A DNA stretch of 64,000 nucleotides, taken from positions 1 to 64,000 of the forward strand of contig CAVVOB010000021.1 in the NCBI GenBank assembly GCA_963749655.1. The letters are read 5' to 3'. Position numbers and translations under genes: made by a program. Numbering within the stretch: the first letter of the stretch is position 1; each line of letters begins with the position of its first letter. Under the pieces are notes generated by a model. That model saw only the letters and a program-made list of their open reading frames with translations. It did not search any database and had not been told where the DNA came from. Source of the stretch: Nitrospirota bacterium. GTDB lineage: Bacteria; Nitrospirota; UBA9217. Positions 22,301-33,464 of this stretch are shown here, in pieces.

Positions 22301-22330
22301 AAGGCGGTGAGCAATCACCGCCTTTTTTTT
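22301..22330 (+). terminator. Rho-independent terminator
   Basis: AAGGCGGTGA-GCAA-TCACCGCCTT followed by a T run. Confidence 0.85.
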
Positions 22331-22592
22331 GCCCGCGAACCGTTCGACCGCCCTCTGCCGATGAATCCCGTGACAAGCGCCGCTCACGCAACTCCCCGGA
22401 ACCGTGGTCTGCAACAGTGCACCACGCTTTCTTCGAGGTCAAAACACCACGGCGAGCAATGAGTTCCCTCTTGCAAAAAACATCCGCCTGTGATAACGTA
22501 AGGGCGCTCGAAAACCGGATCTACTGCCGGTTTCACTTCGGGCATTCCGCAGTTCCATTCTTGAGTCCTGTAAGGAGCGTTACAACCAACCT

Positions 22593-23210
22593 ATGGCCCT
22601 CTTTCCCAGCAAAATAGACTTCTTCGAGCAGTTCGACCGCGCTCTGGAGAACCTTTCCCGGGCAGCGAATGTCCTCGTGGATACCTTCAATAACTTCGAG
22701 AGTTTCGAAAAGAAGGCCAAGGCCATCTACGAGTTCGAGCAGGAAGGCGACATGCTCACCCACGACATCATGAAGGATCTGAACAAAACCTTCCTCACGC
22801 CGCTCGACCGTGAGGACATTCATTCTCTGGCGTCGCGGATCGACGATGTCCTGGACCTCATCTGGGCGGCCGTGGACAGGATGGTCGTATATAAGATCGA
22901 AAAACCGACCCCCGAGGTCATTTCCATCGCCGAAGACCTCCAGATGACCACGGACGTGCTGAAAAAAGCGCTCCGCGAGCTCCGTTCAAAGCAGTATTCT
23001 CACGTGATGGAGCACTGCATCGAAGTAAACCGCCTCGAAAACCGCATCGACCGCAAGTATCGCGACGCACTGGGCAAGCTCCTGAACGACCATAGCGACC
23101 CCATCTATATCATTAAATGGAAAGACATCTACCAGCTCTTAGAAGACGCCTCGGACCGGGCCGAAGATATCGCCAACATCCTCGAAAGCATCGTCGTCAA
23201 AAATGCATGA
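22593..23210 (+). CDS. DUF47 / PhoU-like phosphate transport accessory protein
   Basis: EQEGD, TFLTPLDREDI, LENRID, WKDIYQLLE; upstream of pit. Confidence 0.92.
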   Translation: MALFPSKIDFFEQFDRALENLSRAANVLVDTFNNFESFEKKAKAIYEFEQEGDMLTHDIMKDLNKTFLTPLDREDIHSLASRIDDVLDLIWAAVDRMVVYKIEKPTPEVISIAEDLQMTTDVLKKALRELRSKQYSHVMEHCIEVNRLENRIDRKYRDALGKLLNDHSDPIYIIKWKDIYQLLEDASDRAEDIANILESIVVKNA

Positions 23211-24192
23211 AATCCTGATCCTCATCATCATTTTAGCGGTTTTTTTCGACATTGCGAACGGCTGGCATGACGCGGCCAACGCCATTGCCACCGTGGTGTC
23301 GACGAAAGTCCTTTCTCCTCTGGTTGCCGTTTCCATCGCGGCAGCCATGAACATTATCGGCGCGTTTCTGACCACGGCGGTTGCAAAAACCGTCGGATCG
23401 GGCATTGTGGACCCGAAGGCGGTAACCGATCTGGTCATTATCTCGGCACTTTTGTCGGCGATTTTTTGGAACATCATAACGATCCTGATGGGCCTTCCTG
23501 TGAGTTCCTCGCACGCGCTCTTCGGCGGTATTGCAGGAGCCGCCATGGCCCACGGCGGAGTCGGCATCCTGAACATGAGCGGCATCGCCAAGATCCTTAC
23601 CTCATTGCTCATTTCCCCCGTGCTCGGCATCATTGTCGGATACCTGTTCATGAAACTGATTCTGTATTTATTCGGCCATCTCTCGCCCGGCGTCATAAGC
23701 AAATACTTCGGCAGGCTCCAGATCATTTCTTCGTCGTTCATGGCTTTCGGCCACGGGTCAAATGACGCTCAAAAAGCCATGGGCATCATCACCTTGGCTC
23801 TGGTCAGCGGCGGAGTGATCAACAGCGTCGAAGTGCCCAAATGGGTTATTCTTCTCTGCGCCCTCGCCATGGGTTTCGGCACCCTTTTCGGCGGATGGAA
23901 GATCATCAAGACCCTAGGCGTTAAGATGCTGAAGCTCGAACCCATTCATGGATTTGCAGCAGAGACGTCTTCGGCCGCAATCATCGTCGTGGCAAGCCAC
24001 TGGGGCATGCCGGTCAGCACGACCCACGTCGTTTCGACTGCAATCCTCGGCGTCGGAGCGACCAAACGGCTTTCGGCGGTCCGCTGGGGTATCGCGGGCA
24101 AGATCGTAATGGCCTGGGTGCTCACGCTACCGGTCTGCATCACCATGGCCTGGGGCATCCAGAAACTCCTTTCCTTTTACCATGTAGGGTAA
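23203..24192 (+). CDS. pit: Inorganic phosphate transporter (PiT family)
   Basis: NGWHDAANAIAT, PVSSSHA, HGSNDAQKAMG, PVSTTH. Confidence 0.93.
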   Translation: MHEILILIIILAVFFDIANGWHDAANAIATVVSTKVLSPLVAVSIAAAMNIIGAFLTTAVAKTVGSGIVDPKAVTDLVIISALLSAIFWNIITILMGLPVSSSHALFGGIAGAAMAHGGVGILNMSGIAKILTSLLISPVLGIIVGYLFMKLILYLFGHLSPGVISKYFGRLQIISSSFMAFGHGSNDAQKAMGIITLALVSGGVINSVEVPKWVILLCALAMGFGTLFGGWKIIKTLGVKMLKLEPIHGFAAETSSAAIIVVASHWGMPVSTTHVVSTAILGVGATKRLSAVRWGIAGKIVMAWVLTLPVCITMAWGIQKLLSFYHVG

Positions 24193-24217
24193 GCACGGCT
24201 GTCCGTTCCTCTCACCC

Positions 24218-24598
24218 ATGATCAAGCCTCAACGTATAAAGACCTTTGTCCGGGTGACCCTCGGCTGGACATGTCCTGAGGACGTGTTTCAATCCATCGA
24301 CTGCAGGACTGCGTTCTGCCTCGCGGACAGGGTGGAATTCGAGACCCCAATAACAGTCGGCAACCGGCTTCTTATTTAAATTGTTGGCGCGGCCAAGGGG
24401 GGAGAGGTGCAGAAGCACCTTCCGTTTCTTCTGTCGGCAAGAAAGCAGAAACGTGATGAGCGGGGTTTGAACAGGTTCAGGCTCGTTGTTGTGTACGATG
24501 ATATGCAGGAAAAAATTGTAGGATTCGTTCCCGGAGATGGCGGAACGAGCGAAAAGATTCACCTGCATATTATCAACGAAAGTGACAACCCCTTTTGA
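24218..24598 (+). pseudogene. Hypothetical protein interrupted by an in-frame TAA
   Basis: MIKPQRIKTFVRVTLGWTCPEDVF...GNRLLI-TAA(24377-24379)-IVG...RDERGLNRFRLVVV is colinear in one frame. Confidence 0.5.
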
Positions 24599-24674
24599 AG
24601 AAGAAGATATCAGTCGGCCGGATTGAAATCCCTGCAGTAGACAGGCAAAGTGTCCGCCCGGAATGGATCCCGGG

Positions 24675-25310
24675 CTAGAATTGCTTCATCAACATCCTCG
24701 AAATCTTTCTTTTGTCCACGCCCCGGTATTTTCCCGCCTTAAGCCGAGGGATGAAGTTGTCCTCCGTCACTTCGTCGTCAAACTCGGTAAAACAGGAGCC
24801 GACCTCATGCGGTGCATGGGAATCCGAACCGCCTGTGTAGGGAATTTTCAGCATCTTCGCCGCTTCGATCGCCTTTACATTGAAGGCGTGCATATTGCAG
24901 CCGTTATATCCTTCCAGGGCCGCAATGCCTTCAACGCTCTGTATCGCATCTCCCAGACTGTTCATCGATCGGTAGGGATGAGAGGGAATCACCACGCCGC
25001 CGGCCCCGCTCACCATGGCAACGACGTCCCTGAAGGGCGCGTATTTCATCGTCATCCCGTCCGTATCAACGCCGAAGATCAGGCAATGCCCCTCGGCGGT
25101 CGAAAACTCGACACCCCGGAAGATCATGATGCGGCTCCGATACTTCTCCCGCAGGAGTTGGACATGCTCCGATGCCGCGTAGGTGTAATGCTCTGTAAAA
25201 GCGATGCCATGGAGGCCCCGCTCGATCGCCCGAATTATCGTTTCCTCGGGATCAGCATCGCTGTCGCCGCTGTATTGAGAATGAACGTGAAGATCGATAG
25301 TAAATTTCAT
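24675..25310 (-). CDS. PHP-domain metal-dependent phosphoesterase
   Basis: DLHVHS, FTEH, GVEFST..GH, SHPYR, GGSDSH. Confidence 0.9.
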   Translation of the reverse strand: MKFTIDLHVHSQYSGDSDADPEETIIRAIERGLHGIAFTEHYTYAASEHVQLLREKYRSRIMIFRGVEFSTAEGHCLIFGVDTDGMTMKYAPFRDVVAMVSGAGGVVIPSHPYRSMNSLGDAIQSVEGIAALEGYNGCNMHAFNVKAIEAAKMLKIPYTGGSDSHAPHEVGSCFTEFDDEVTEDNFIPRLKAGKYRGVDKRKISRMLMKQF

Positions 25311-25715
25311 AAAATTTGAAGCTTGCCGTGTCGAGTATATTTACCGGCCAAGACATACGCCCTGGCTGTTTCTGAAAAGCCGCTTGGAGGGCCGCCGCAA
25401 ACCGTTCTTGATAAAAATATGGCTGCTTTTTTATACCATGTCGCCCACTTATTTATCAATATGAAAGAAAGAAACCGACAAGATTATGTGGGTAGTTCAA
25501 AACCACCACAAGATGTGGGATCGCCCGCCCCGCTTCGCCGATTCGAAACGTATAATTATAAATTTACGTTGATTTTTTTAACTATTCGTGTTAGGAACTT
25601 AAGTAACGCTGCATCAAGAACCATACATCTACGTATACAAAAGAGCAAGTCAAGGCCTTTCCCGGCTTGACGATAACGTCGATTTTTCCTGGTTATGTTA
25701 CACGGGGGGGAAGCC

Positions 25716-25982
25716 ATGCGAGATATTGGACGTATTTTGAAGGAAGGAAGAGTTGCCCGCGGTCTGGAAATAGGCGATATTTCGAGAAAAACCTGCATCA
25801 GCGGCTATTACCTCAAAGCCATGGAGGAGGGCAAATTTAAGAGCATCCCCAGGGTGTTCGACAAGGGCTATCTGAAAATTTATGCAACTCTTCTCGACCT
25901 TGATGCAAAACCATTGCTGGCCCTCTACGAAGAGAAGAAACATGCAGAAACCGGCGAACAGCTGATGCGGACCACCGCCTGA
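25716..25982 (+). CDS. Helix-turn-helix protein (RodZ-type HTH_25)
   Basis: IGRILKEGRVARG..YLKAMEEG..KGYLKIYATLL. Confidence 0.85.
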   Translation: MRDIGRILKEGRVARGLEIGDISRKTCISGYYLKAMEEGKFKSIPRVFDKGYLKIYATLLDLDAKPLLALYEEKKHAETGEQLMRTTA

Positions 25983-26190
25983 CCACGAAAAGCAGTCTCT
26001 CCTTTCGCGTACGAACTACTAGTTGCCATAGAGGCCGAGCCTTCTTCTACAACGCTCGGGGACTGCAAACAGTCTTTCCAGCTTTTCGGGTTCGTAGCGG
26101 GCCTGCCTGATACTCAGCATAGAGACTCCGTCTCACCTCCTGCGTAAAAATCTCTCCGAATGAAACAGCTCCTGTTAGTTACCCGCCTCG

Positions 26191-27393
26191 CTAAACCATA
26201 CCCATGTTCGTCTCTCGCAGTCGTTGCGCCATTTCTCTCAGCATCTCCATCGCAAACTCAGGGTATTCGTTCATCAGGTTATTGATATTCTCGTTGTTAA
26301 TCGTAACGAGTTCCGTCTTGTCGAGCGCAACGGCTGATGCGACCCGGGGTGTGCCCAGAAGGAACGACGTGCCGCCGAACCATTTCCCCGGGTCGATGAC
26401 GGCGATCGCACGGTCTGCCTTCATGATCGCCACCTTGCCGGACAGGACCGAGAACATTGCGCCGCCCGGATCCCCCTCGTTGAAAATGACATCCTCCTTG
26501 TCGAAGGTGACGACATATTTGGCGACGACCTTCGAAGGGATGTTCCTTTTGCCCTCCATCAGCCGTTTGACATAGGAAGTCTCGCCCCGCCCCAGGCTTG
26601 CTGCGATCTCGGCACCGAAGAAAAAGACGATGAGCGAAAAATAAATCCAGATGATCACCACAAAAAGCGACTTGAATGATCCAAAGGCGAACCCGTATCC
26701 GGGATTAAATATCAGGAAAAGATGAAAGGCAGGCCGCAGGGCAAACCACAGCAACGCCGCGACCAGGGAGCCGCTCAGGAGATGGAGCGGACGAACACGC
26801 TTTGAGAACATGAAGTAGAGCGAAAAGACGGTCGCAGTCACGAAAAGAAATTGTCCCGCCCCCTCCAGGGGAGGAAGGCGGACGGGGACGGGGCTCCTGC
26901 TCTGGACCAGTGAAATGAAGATGCCGGCAATGGCTATCGCCGTCAGCCCGAGGAGGAGAATGATGCTGATCGCCGCATCCAGCATTTTTTCGATGAGAAA
27001 TGTCCGGGTTGGCTTCCTGCTGAACACCCTCCCCAGCAGGACCCGCAGGTCCGCAACGAGCGGCGTGACGCTCCAGAGCAGTACAAGGAAGTTCACAAGC
27101 CCGATCGTCCCCCGGTGAGCTGAGATGTGCCGGACCTCGCGCAGAACGTCCTGGCTGAATGCGGGAATCACCTGGGTGAGCAGTTCCTGGGTCTTTGCCA
27201 GGGCGCGGTCAGAGGACCCGATCGCTGCTCCGAGCACGAACGTCAGGAGAAAGAGCGACGGAATCAGGGCGATTGTTGCCGAGAAGGCCAGCGACGAGGC
27301 GGCTGACAGATCGTTGTTTTTCCGGAACGCGGCAAAGGCATCGGAAAAAACATTCCTTACCCGGCCTGCAGTATCAGAGATTTTTCCTGCCAT
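26191..27393 (-). CDS. YihY/BrkB family membrane protein fused to a cyclic-nucleotide-binding domain
   Basis: ASSLAFS, FGSFKSLFVVIIWIYFS..GAEI; C-terminal IFNEGDPG..G..FGG..PRVASA. Confidence 0.85.
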   Translation of the reverse strand: MAGKISDTAGRVRNVFSDAFAAFRKNNDLSAASSLAFSATIALIPSLFLLTFVLGAAIGSSDRALAKTQELLTQVIPAFSQDVLREVRHISAHRGTIGLVNFLVLLWSVTPLVADLRVLLGRVFSRKPTRTFLIEKMLDAAISIILLLGLTAIAIAGIFISLVQSRSPVPVRLPPLEGAGQFLFVTATVFSLYFMFSKRVRPLHLLSGSLVAALLWFALRPAFHLFLIFNPGYGFAFGSFKSLFVVIIWIYFSLIVFFFGAEIAASLGRGETSYVKRLMEGKRNIPSKVVAKYVVTFDKEDVIFNEGDPGGAMFSVLSGKVAIMKADRAIAVIDPGKWFGGTSFLLGTPRVASAVALDKTELVTINNENINNLMNEYPEFAMEMLREMAQRLRETNMGMV

Positions 27394-27574
27394 TGTTCCT
27401 CTCGCTCATGAAGCCTGATGCGCTGACGCCCCCTGAACAGCGAATGCTGTAGTTTTGCGATTCCCGCCTGCGCCCTTTTCACCGGAGAGGGGACACCTGC
27501 TCACCTTACAAAGACGGCCTGAAGATATGCACTGTGGACACCTCGGCCTGAGCCAGCGGATTCCCTCTTCCCAG

Positions 27575-28321
27575 TCACGATGCTTTCCCCGGATCGTCGG
27601 GTGCGATGTCCTTGGTCAGATGCTGCTTGATGAACGCCCGGATCAGAAGACGGTCAGTGTCCGGGAGATCGACAAACTTCATACCCATGCCCGGCTCGCC
27701 GTCCGGGCCGCGGCCAGGTTCATAACTGTAGAGCACGATTGCCTTGACCAGGAGCTCACAGTCCGGCAGAAAGATGCGAAGGGGAGTGAGGGCGTTCCGG
27801 GGCTGCGGATAACGCGTCCTGATGTAAAGGCCGCCCTCCGATATGGCGGTTGCATATTCCGTACGGCTGACGCCGCCCGTCAGGCTGCCGTCTCCGACAA
27901 TCACCTTGAGAGACGCATTGAGGCGGATATTCGCGCGCGGCATCGACTCCGACACGGACTGGAGCGTCCTGTACAGCAGGTCGGGCTCAACAGGCTGCTT
28001 CAGAAAGGCGGCGCAGCCGAGACGCTTGCAGCTTTCCTGGGCACCCGGCTCGGGATCGGACGCCAGAACAACGGCGGGAATAGCCTTGAGCGCATCCTTG
28101 CTCTTCAGTTGCTGGAGGAACTGCATGCCGCTCATCCTGGGCAGGACGAGTTCGGTGATTATGATGAACGGGACACTTTGCTCCATAATGCGCAGGGCAT
28201 CTTCGGCGCTCCGGGCAGTGACGACCTTGTAGTCGAGCCTCCTGAGCAGCATGGAGAGATATAACAACGTGGATGCGCCGCTGGTGACAAGCAGAAGTGT
28301 GCGACTTTCCCGGTCTGGCAT
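27575..28321 (-). CDS. Atypical receiver domain fused to a PilZ domain
   Basis: IITELVLPRMSG (Glu at the phospho-Asp position); PRANIR and AISEGG PilZ-like motifs; GMGMKF. Confidence 0.8.
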   Translation of the reverse strand: MPDRESRTLLLVTSGASTLLYLSMLLRRLDYKVVTARSAEDALRIMEQSVPFIIITELVLPRMSGMQFLQQLKSKDALKAIPAVVLASDPEPGAQESCKRLGCAAFLKQPVEPDLLYRTLQSVSESMPRANIRLNASLKVIVGDGSLTGGVSRTEYATAISEGGLYIRTRYPQPRNALTPLRIFLPDCELLVKAIVLYSYEPGRGPDGEPGMGMKFVDLPDTDRLLIRAFIKQHLTKDIAPDDPGKAS

Positions 28322-28504
28322 GGTATCCCTCCTGCGGCGCCCTGGTTGCATGCCGGGCGAGACACCTACAGAATATCATCTCCCATATGGTTGTCAAGAT
28401 AAACAACGGCCGAAAGATGATGTATCGCGGGCTGAATCGAAACATTCCGAGGAGGCATGAAAATGTAATACTGCAAGACGGGAAAAAGGAGCGAGGCGGA
28501 AAAT

Positions 28505-28582
28505 TGGCGTCCCCAGGGGGATTCGAACCCCCGTTATCGCCGTGAAAGGGCGGTGTCCTGGGCCGGGCTAGACGATGGGGAC
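28505..28582 (-). tRNA. tRNA-Glu (TTC)
   Basis: GTCCCCA/TGGGGAC acceptor stem, anticodon loop CTTTCAC, GTTCGAATC, CCA. Confidence 0.95.
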
Positions 28583-28585
28583 ATT

Positions 28586-28653
28586 TAACTTCAGTTTCAA
28601 GTTGTGAGTTTCAGGTTTATTAACTCAAAACTAAGAACTATAAACTCGAAACT
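28586..28653. repeat. Inverted heptamer-repeat hairpin between the tRNAs
   Basis: (TTTCAAG/TTGTGAG/TTTCAGG) arm facing (AACTCAA/AACTAAG/AACTATA/AACTCGA) arm. Confidence 0.65.
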
Positions 28654-28663
28654 GTTTTAATAA

Positions 28664-28739
28664 TGGTGAGCCGGCTGGGATTCGGACCCAGGACACCCGC
28701 CTTAAAAGGGCGGTGCTCTACCAACTGAGCTACCGGCCC
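28664..28739 (-). tRNA. tRNA-Lys (TTT)
   Basis: 76-nt cloverleaf, CCGCC-CTTTTAA-GGCGG anticodon arm, CCA; T-loop reads TCCGAAT. Confidence 0.9.
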
Positions 28740-28896
28740 GCGTTTGCGACGCGAAGAGGCGTATAATAGCAGAGAGGCCCCTGTTATGTCAATAGATTTT
28801 AGGGTTTTTTCCGAATCTCAATTCCCGGAGTCGAATCCACGGCAGGAGCAGCGCGGCCGGCTGCAACGACCGGCTTGACTGCATCGCCTGACGCGG

Positions 28897-30252
<1,356 letters not shown>

Positions 30253-30312
30253 TTAAATTCCCCTGTTCTGTCTCTCCCGTCTCACGTCGCACGTTTCACG
30301 CCTCACAGCTTA

Positions 30313-31890
30313 TTATATTCTTACCTGCCGCACTGACAGCACGTTCGGTATCTGTTTGACCTTGGCGAGAAGCGCGTCGGTCACCGGGTTGTCGATGCTG
30401 ACGACGGACATTGCGAGTCCGCCTGCGGTCTCGCGGCCGAATTGCATGCGTGCGATGTTGATCCCGTTCTGCCCCAGCAGGGTGCCGATGCCGCCGATGA
30501 CGCCCGGCTTGTCGTTGTTCATGAGCACGAGCATGTCACCCTCGGGCACGGTCTCCATAGGAAAGTTGTCCGCCTGGATGATGCGGGGTTCCTTCCTGCT
30601 GTTCAGCGTCCCTGCTACGGACCAGTCCTTACCGCCCGCCTTGATTCTTATCGTGATGAGGCTCGTATATTCCGTAGTATCGGTGGAACGCGACACTTTG
30701 ACTTCGATCCCGCGGTCCTTGGCGATCAGCGGCGCGTTGACGTAGTTCACATTTTCGTTCAAGATCGGCGTAAGCAGCCCCTTGAGCGCAGCGAGCGTGA
30801 TGGGCTCCTGCTTGAGGTTCGACACCTCGCCGCTGTATTCCACCGTCACCTGCGTCAGGCCGCCCTCGCACAGCTGTGCCTGGAACAGCCCCATCCGCTC
30901 TGCCAGGTTGATGTAGGGCGAGAGCGTGGGGAGCTGGTCCGCGGGTACCGATGGGACGTTCACGGCGTTCCGCACGGTCCCGGCAATCAGATAGTCCACG
31001 ACCTGCTCGGCCACGGCCACTGCAACATTTTCCTGGGCCTCCTTCGTGGAAGCCCCCAGATGGGGGGTAGCGATGAAATTGTCGAGCGACAGGAGCGGAT
31101 GATTCTCCGGCGGTTCTTTCTCGAAAACGTCGAATGCGGCTCCGCCGACCTTCCCGCTCTTGAGCGCCTCGAAGAGGTCCTGCTCATTCACAATGCCGCC
31201 CCGGGCGCAATTGATAATGCGCACGCCGTCTTTCATCTGGGAAATCGTGTCCTTGTTGATCAGGTTCGCTGTTTCTTTGGTTTTGGGCGTGTGGATCGTG
31301 ATGAAATCGGACCGCTTGTAGATCGTCGGCAGGTCCGCCAGCTCGATTCCGAGGGTCTTGGCCTTCTCCGTCGAAATGAAGGGGTCGAAGGCGAGCACCT
31401 TCATGCCCAGTCCGATCGCCCGGTTTGCGACGACGCCGCCGATGGCGCCGAGGCCGACAATGCCGAGGGTCTTGGCATAGAGCTCGATGCCTTCGAACTT
31501 CTTCTTTTCCCACTTGCCCGCCTTGAGCGAGGAGTAGGCCTGCGGAATCATGCGGGCGCACGCGAAGATCATGCCGATGGTATGCTCAGCTGTCGTGACC
31601 GTATTGCCGCCGGGCGTGTTCATCACCACCACACCCTTCTTTGTTGCAGCCGGGACATCTACGTTGTCCAGACCGCTGCCGGCGCGGCCCACAACCTTGA
31701 GCTTCGCCGCTTTTTCAAGCAGGCCCGCGGTGACCTTGGTGGCCGAACGGATGATGAGGGCATCGTAGTCGTGGATGATCTTTTCGATCTCTTCGACCGA
31801 CGTTTTGCTCCGGGCATCAACCTCGAGCCCGGCTTTTTCCAGGATTTCAACCCCTATCGGGGAAAGATTGTCGCTTATAAGAACCTTCAT
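30313..31890 (-). CDS. serA: D-3-phosphoglycerate dehydrogenase (with ASB and ACT domains)
   Basis: GRAGSGLDNVD, GLGAIG, NCARGG, TPHLGAST, DKPGVIG..INIARM. Confidence 0.96.
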   Translation of the reverse strand: MKVLISDNLSPIGVEILEKAGLEVDARSKTSVEEIEKIIHDYDALIIRSATKVTAGLLEKAAKLKVVGRAGSGLDNVDVPAATKKGVVVMNTPGGNTVTTAEHTIGMIFACARMIPQAYSSLKAGKWEKKKFEGIELYAKTLGIVGLGAIGGVVANRAIGLGMKVLAFDPFISTEKAKTLGIELADLPTIYKRSDFITIHTPKTKETANLINKDTISQMKDGVRIINCARGGIVNEQDLFEALKSGKVGGAAFDVFEKEPPENHPLLSLDNFIATPHLGASTKEAQENVAVAVAEQVVDYLIAGTVRNAVNVPSVPADQLPTLSPYINLAERMGLFQAQLCEGGLTQVTVEYSGEVSNLKQEPITLAALKGLLTPILNENVNYVNAPLIAKDRGIEVKVSRSTDTTEYTSLITIRIKAGGKDWSVAGTLNSRKEPRIIQADNFPMETVPEGDMLVLMNNDKPGVIGGIGTLLGQNGINIARMQFGRETAGGLAMSVVSIDNPVTDALLAKVKQIPNVLSVRQVRI

Positions 31891-32010
31891 GGAACCTCCG
31901 AAAAGCCTGTTAGACAGGATAACAGGATTGACAGGATACAATGAGGATTGCCCGCGCTGAGACCTCCGTTAATCCGCACGCATCCTGTAATCCCGTCAAG
32001 GTGTTTGTCA

Positions 32011-33147
32011 CTATTTCATCAATATTTCCTGCGCCGCACCGACACCGGTTCCAAGTTTGACCGGATGGCCCAGGCCCTTCAACACCATCTCGATGCCGGC
32101 GATAGCCGTGATCACGTCGAAGGTGTCGGCATAGCCCAGGTGGGCGATACGGAAGATCTTGCCCTTCAACTTGTCCTGTCCGCCCGCGCCGGTAATCCCG
32201 TACTTGACGCGCAGATCTTTGTAGATCGCCTGGCCGTCGACGCCTGCCGGCGCCTCAATGGCGGTCAGCGCGTTGCTCGGATTTTCCTTCGGGAACAGTT
32301 TGAGGCCCAGGGCCGTAGCACCCGCCCGAGTCGCCCTTGCAAGCCGTTCATGGCGGGCCAGCACGTTTTCCAGCCCCTCATCCTGCAGCATCTTGATGCA
32401 GGAGTTGAGCCCGATAATGAGCGTCACCGCCGACGTGAAGAGGGTCTGGTTCTTGGCAAGATTCTCCCGTTCCTTCTTGAAGTTGAAATAGAACTTGGGT
32501 GTCTTGGACGTATCAGCCATCTTCCAGGCCTTATCCGATACCGACACGAAGGCCAGCCCGGGTGGCAGCATGACACCCTTCTGGGAGCCGCCGATCATGA
32601 CGTCGATGCCCCACTCGTCGGTCCTGATATCGTGCGCCACGAGAGCCGAAATCGCGTCGACCACGAAAATGGCGTCGGTCTTTTTGACAACGGATGCGAG
32701 CGCCTTGACATCATGGTAGACGCCCGTCGAGGTCTCATTGGCCTGGACGAACACGGCCTTGATCTTCGGATTTTTCTTGAGCGCTGCCTCTACCAGCTCG
32801 GGCTTGATCGCGTAGCCCCACTCCACGACGATCTCCTCGACCTTCATGCCATAGGCCTGGCAGATCTTGGTCCAACGCTCGCCGAACTTTCCGCCGTTGA
32901 TGACAAGCACATCGTCACCGGGAGTCAAAAAATTGTTCACCGATCCGACCATGCCGCCGGTGCCAGTCGAACACAGGATGAGCACGTCATTTTTTGTCTG
33001 ATAGAGCCACTGCAGGCCCTTCTTTGCGGAATCGAGCACCGGAAGAAAGTCCGGGGCACGGTGGTGTATGATCGGCATGGCCATGGCCAGAAGCGCCTCA
33101 GGCGGCACCGGTGTCGGGCCGGGGGCCAAAAGATATTTTTTTTGCAT
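32011..33147 (-). CDS. Class V PLP aminotransferase (serine-pyruvate/phosphoserine aminotransferase-like)
   Basis: PGPTPVP, NETSTG, VDAIS, GSQKGVMLPPGL; adjacent to serA. Confidence 0.92.
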   Translation of the reverse strand: MQKKYLLAPGPTPVPPEALLAMAMPIIHHRAPDFLPVLDSAKKGLQWLYQTKNDVLILCSTGTGGMVGSVNNFLTPGDDVLVINGGKFGERWTKICQAYGMKVEEIVVEWGYAIKPELVEAALKKNPKIKAVFVQANETSTGVYHDVKALASVVKKTDAIFVVDAISALVAHDIRTDEWGIDVMIGGSQKGVMLPPGLAFVSVSDKAWKMADTSKTPKFYFNFKKERENLAKNQTLFTSAVTLIIGLNSCIKMLQDEGLENVLARHERLARATRAGATALGLKLFPKENPSNALTAIEAPAGVDGQAIYKDLRVKYGITGAGGQDKLKGKIFRIAHLGYADTFDVITAIAGIEMVLKGLGHPVKLGTGVGAAQEILMK

Positions 33148-33464
33148 GAGTAGATCCTCCATTTAATTTTGAGCGAAAACGTCCATCAGATGTTCTCGGG
33201 AAAAAACGTGATACGTGATAACGGAATTGTATTGTCTGTACTTAAGATTATAGTCCCGTCGGGGCGGGACCTATGCCCGGGGTAGGTGTGTCGCTGGGAT
33301 ATTGCGGATGTCTGTGCTGTTTCAACGTCTTGTTGCCTCTCTTTATGCCCGATTCTGGAGAAAAACCATATGACAGTAGCATAGGCCGGTAAAAAATGTC
33401 AAGAAAATAAGTGCCGCCTCGTCCCATTCTGCTCAATGGGCCGGACAATAAAAGCGCCGCCTTG

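Noticed and set aside
24377-24379. Internal stop as a recoding site
   Set aside because: The codon is TAA, not TGA or TAG; mutation or base-call error is more likely.
25990-26130. Possible riboswitch-like sequence (GGACTGCAAA...GTAGCGGGCCTGCC)
   Set aside because: Only a fragmentary match, and it lies between convergent gene ends with nothing to regulate.
28505-28739. tRNA-anchored integrative element or prophage
   Set aside because: No integrase, transposase or duplicated tRNA 3' end seen in the window.
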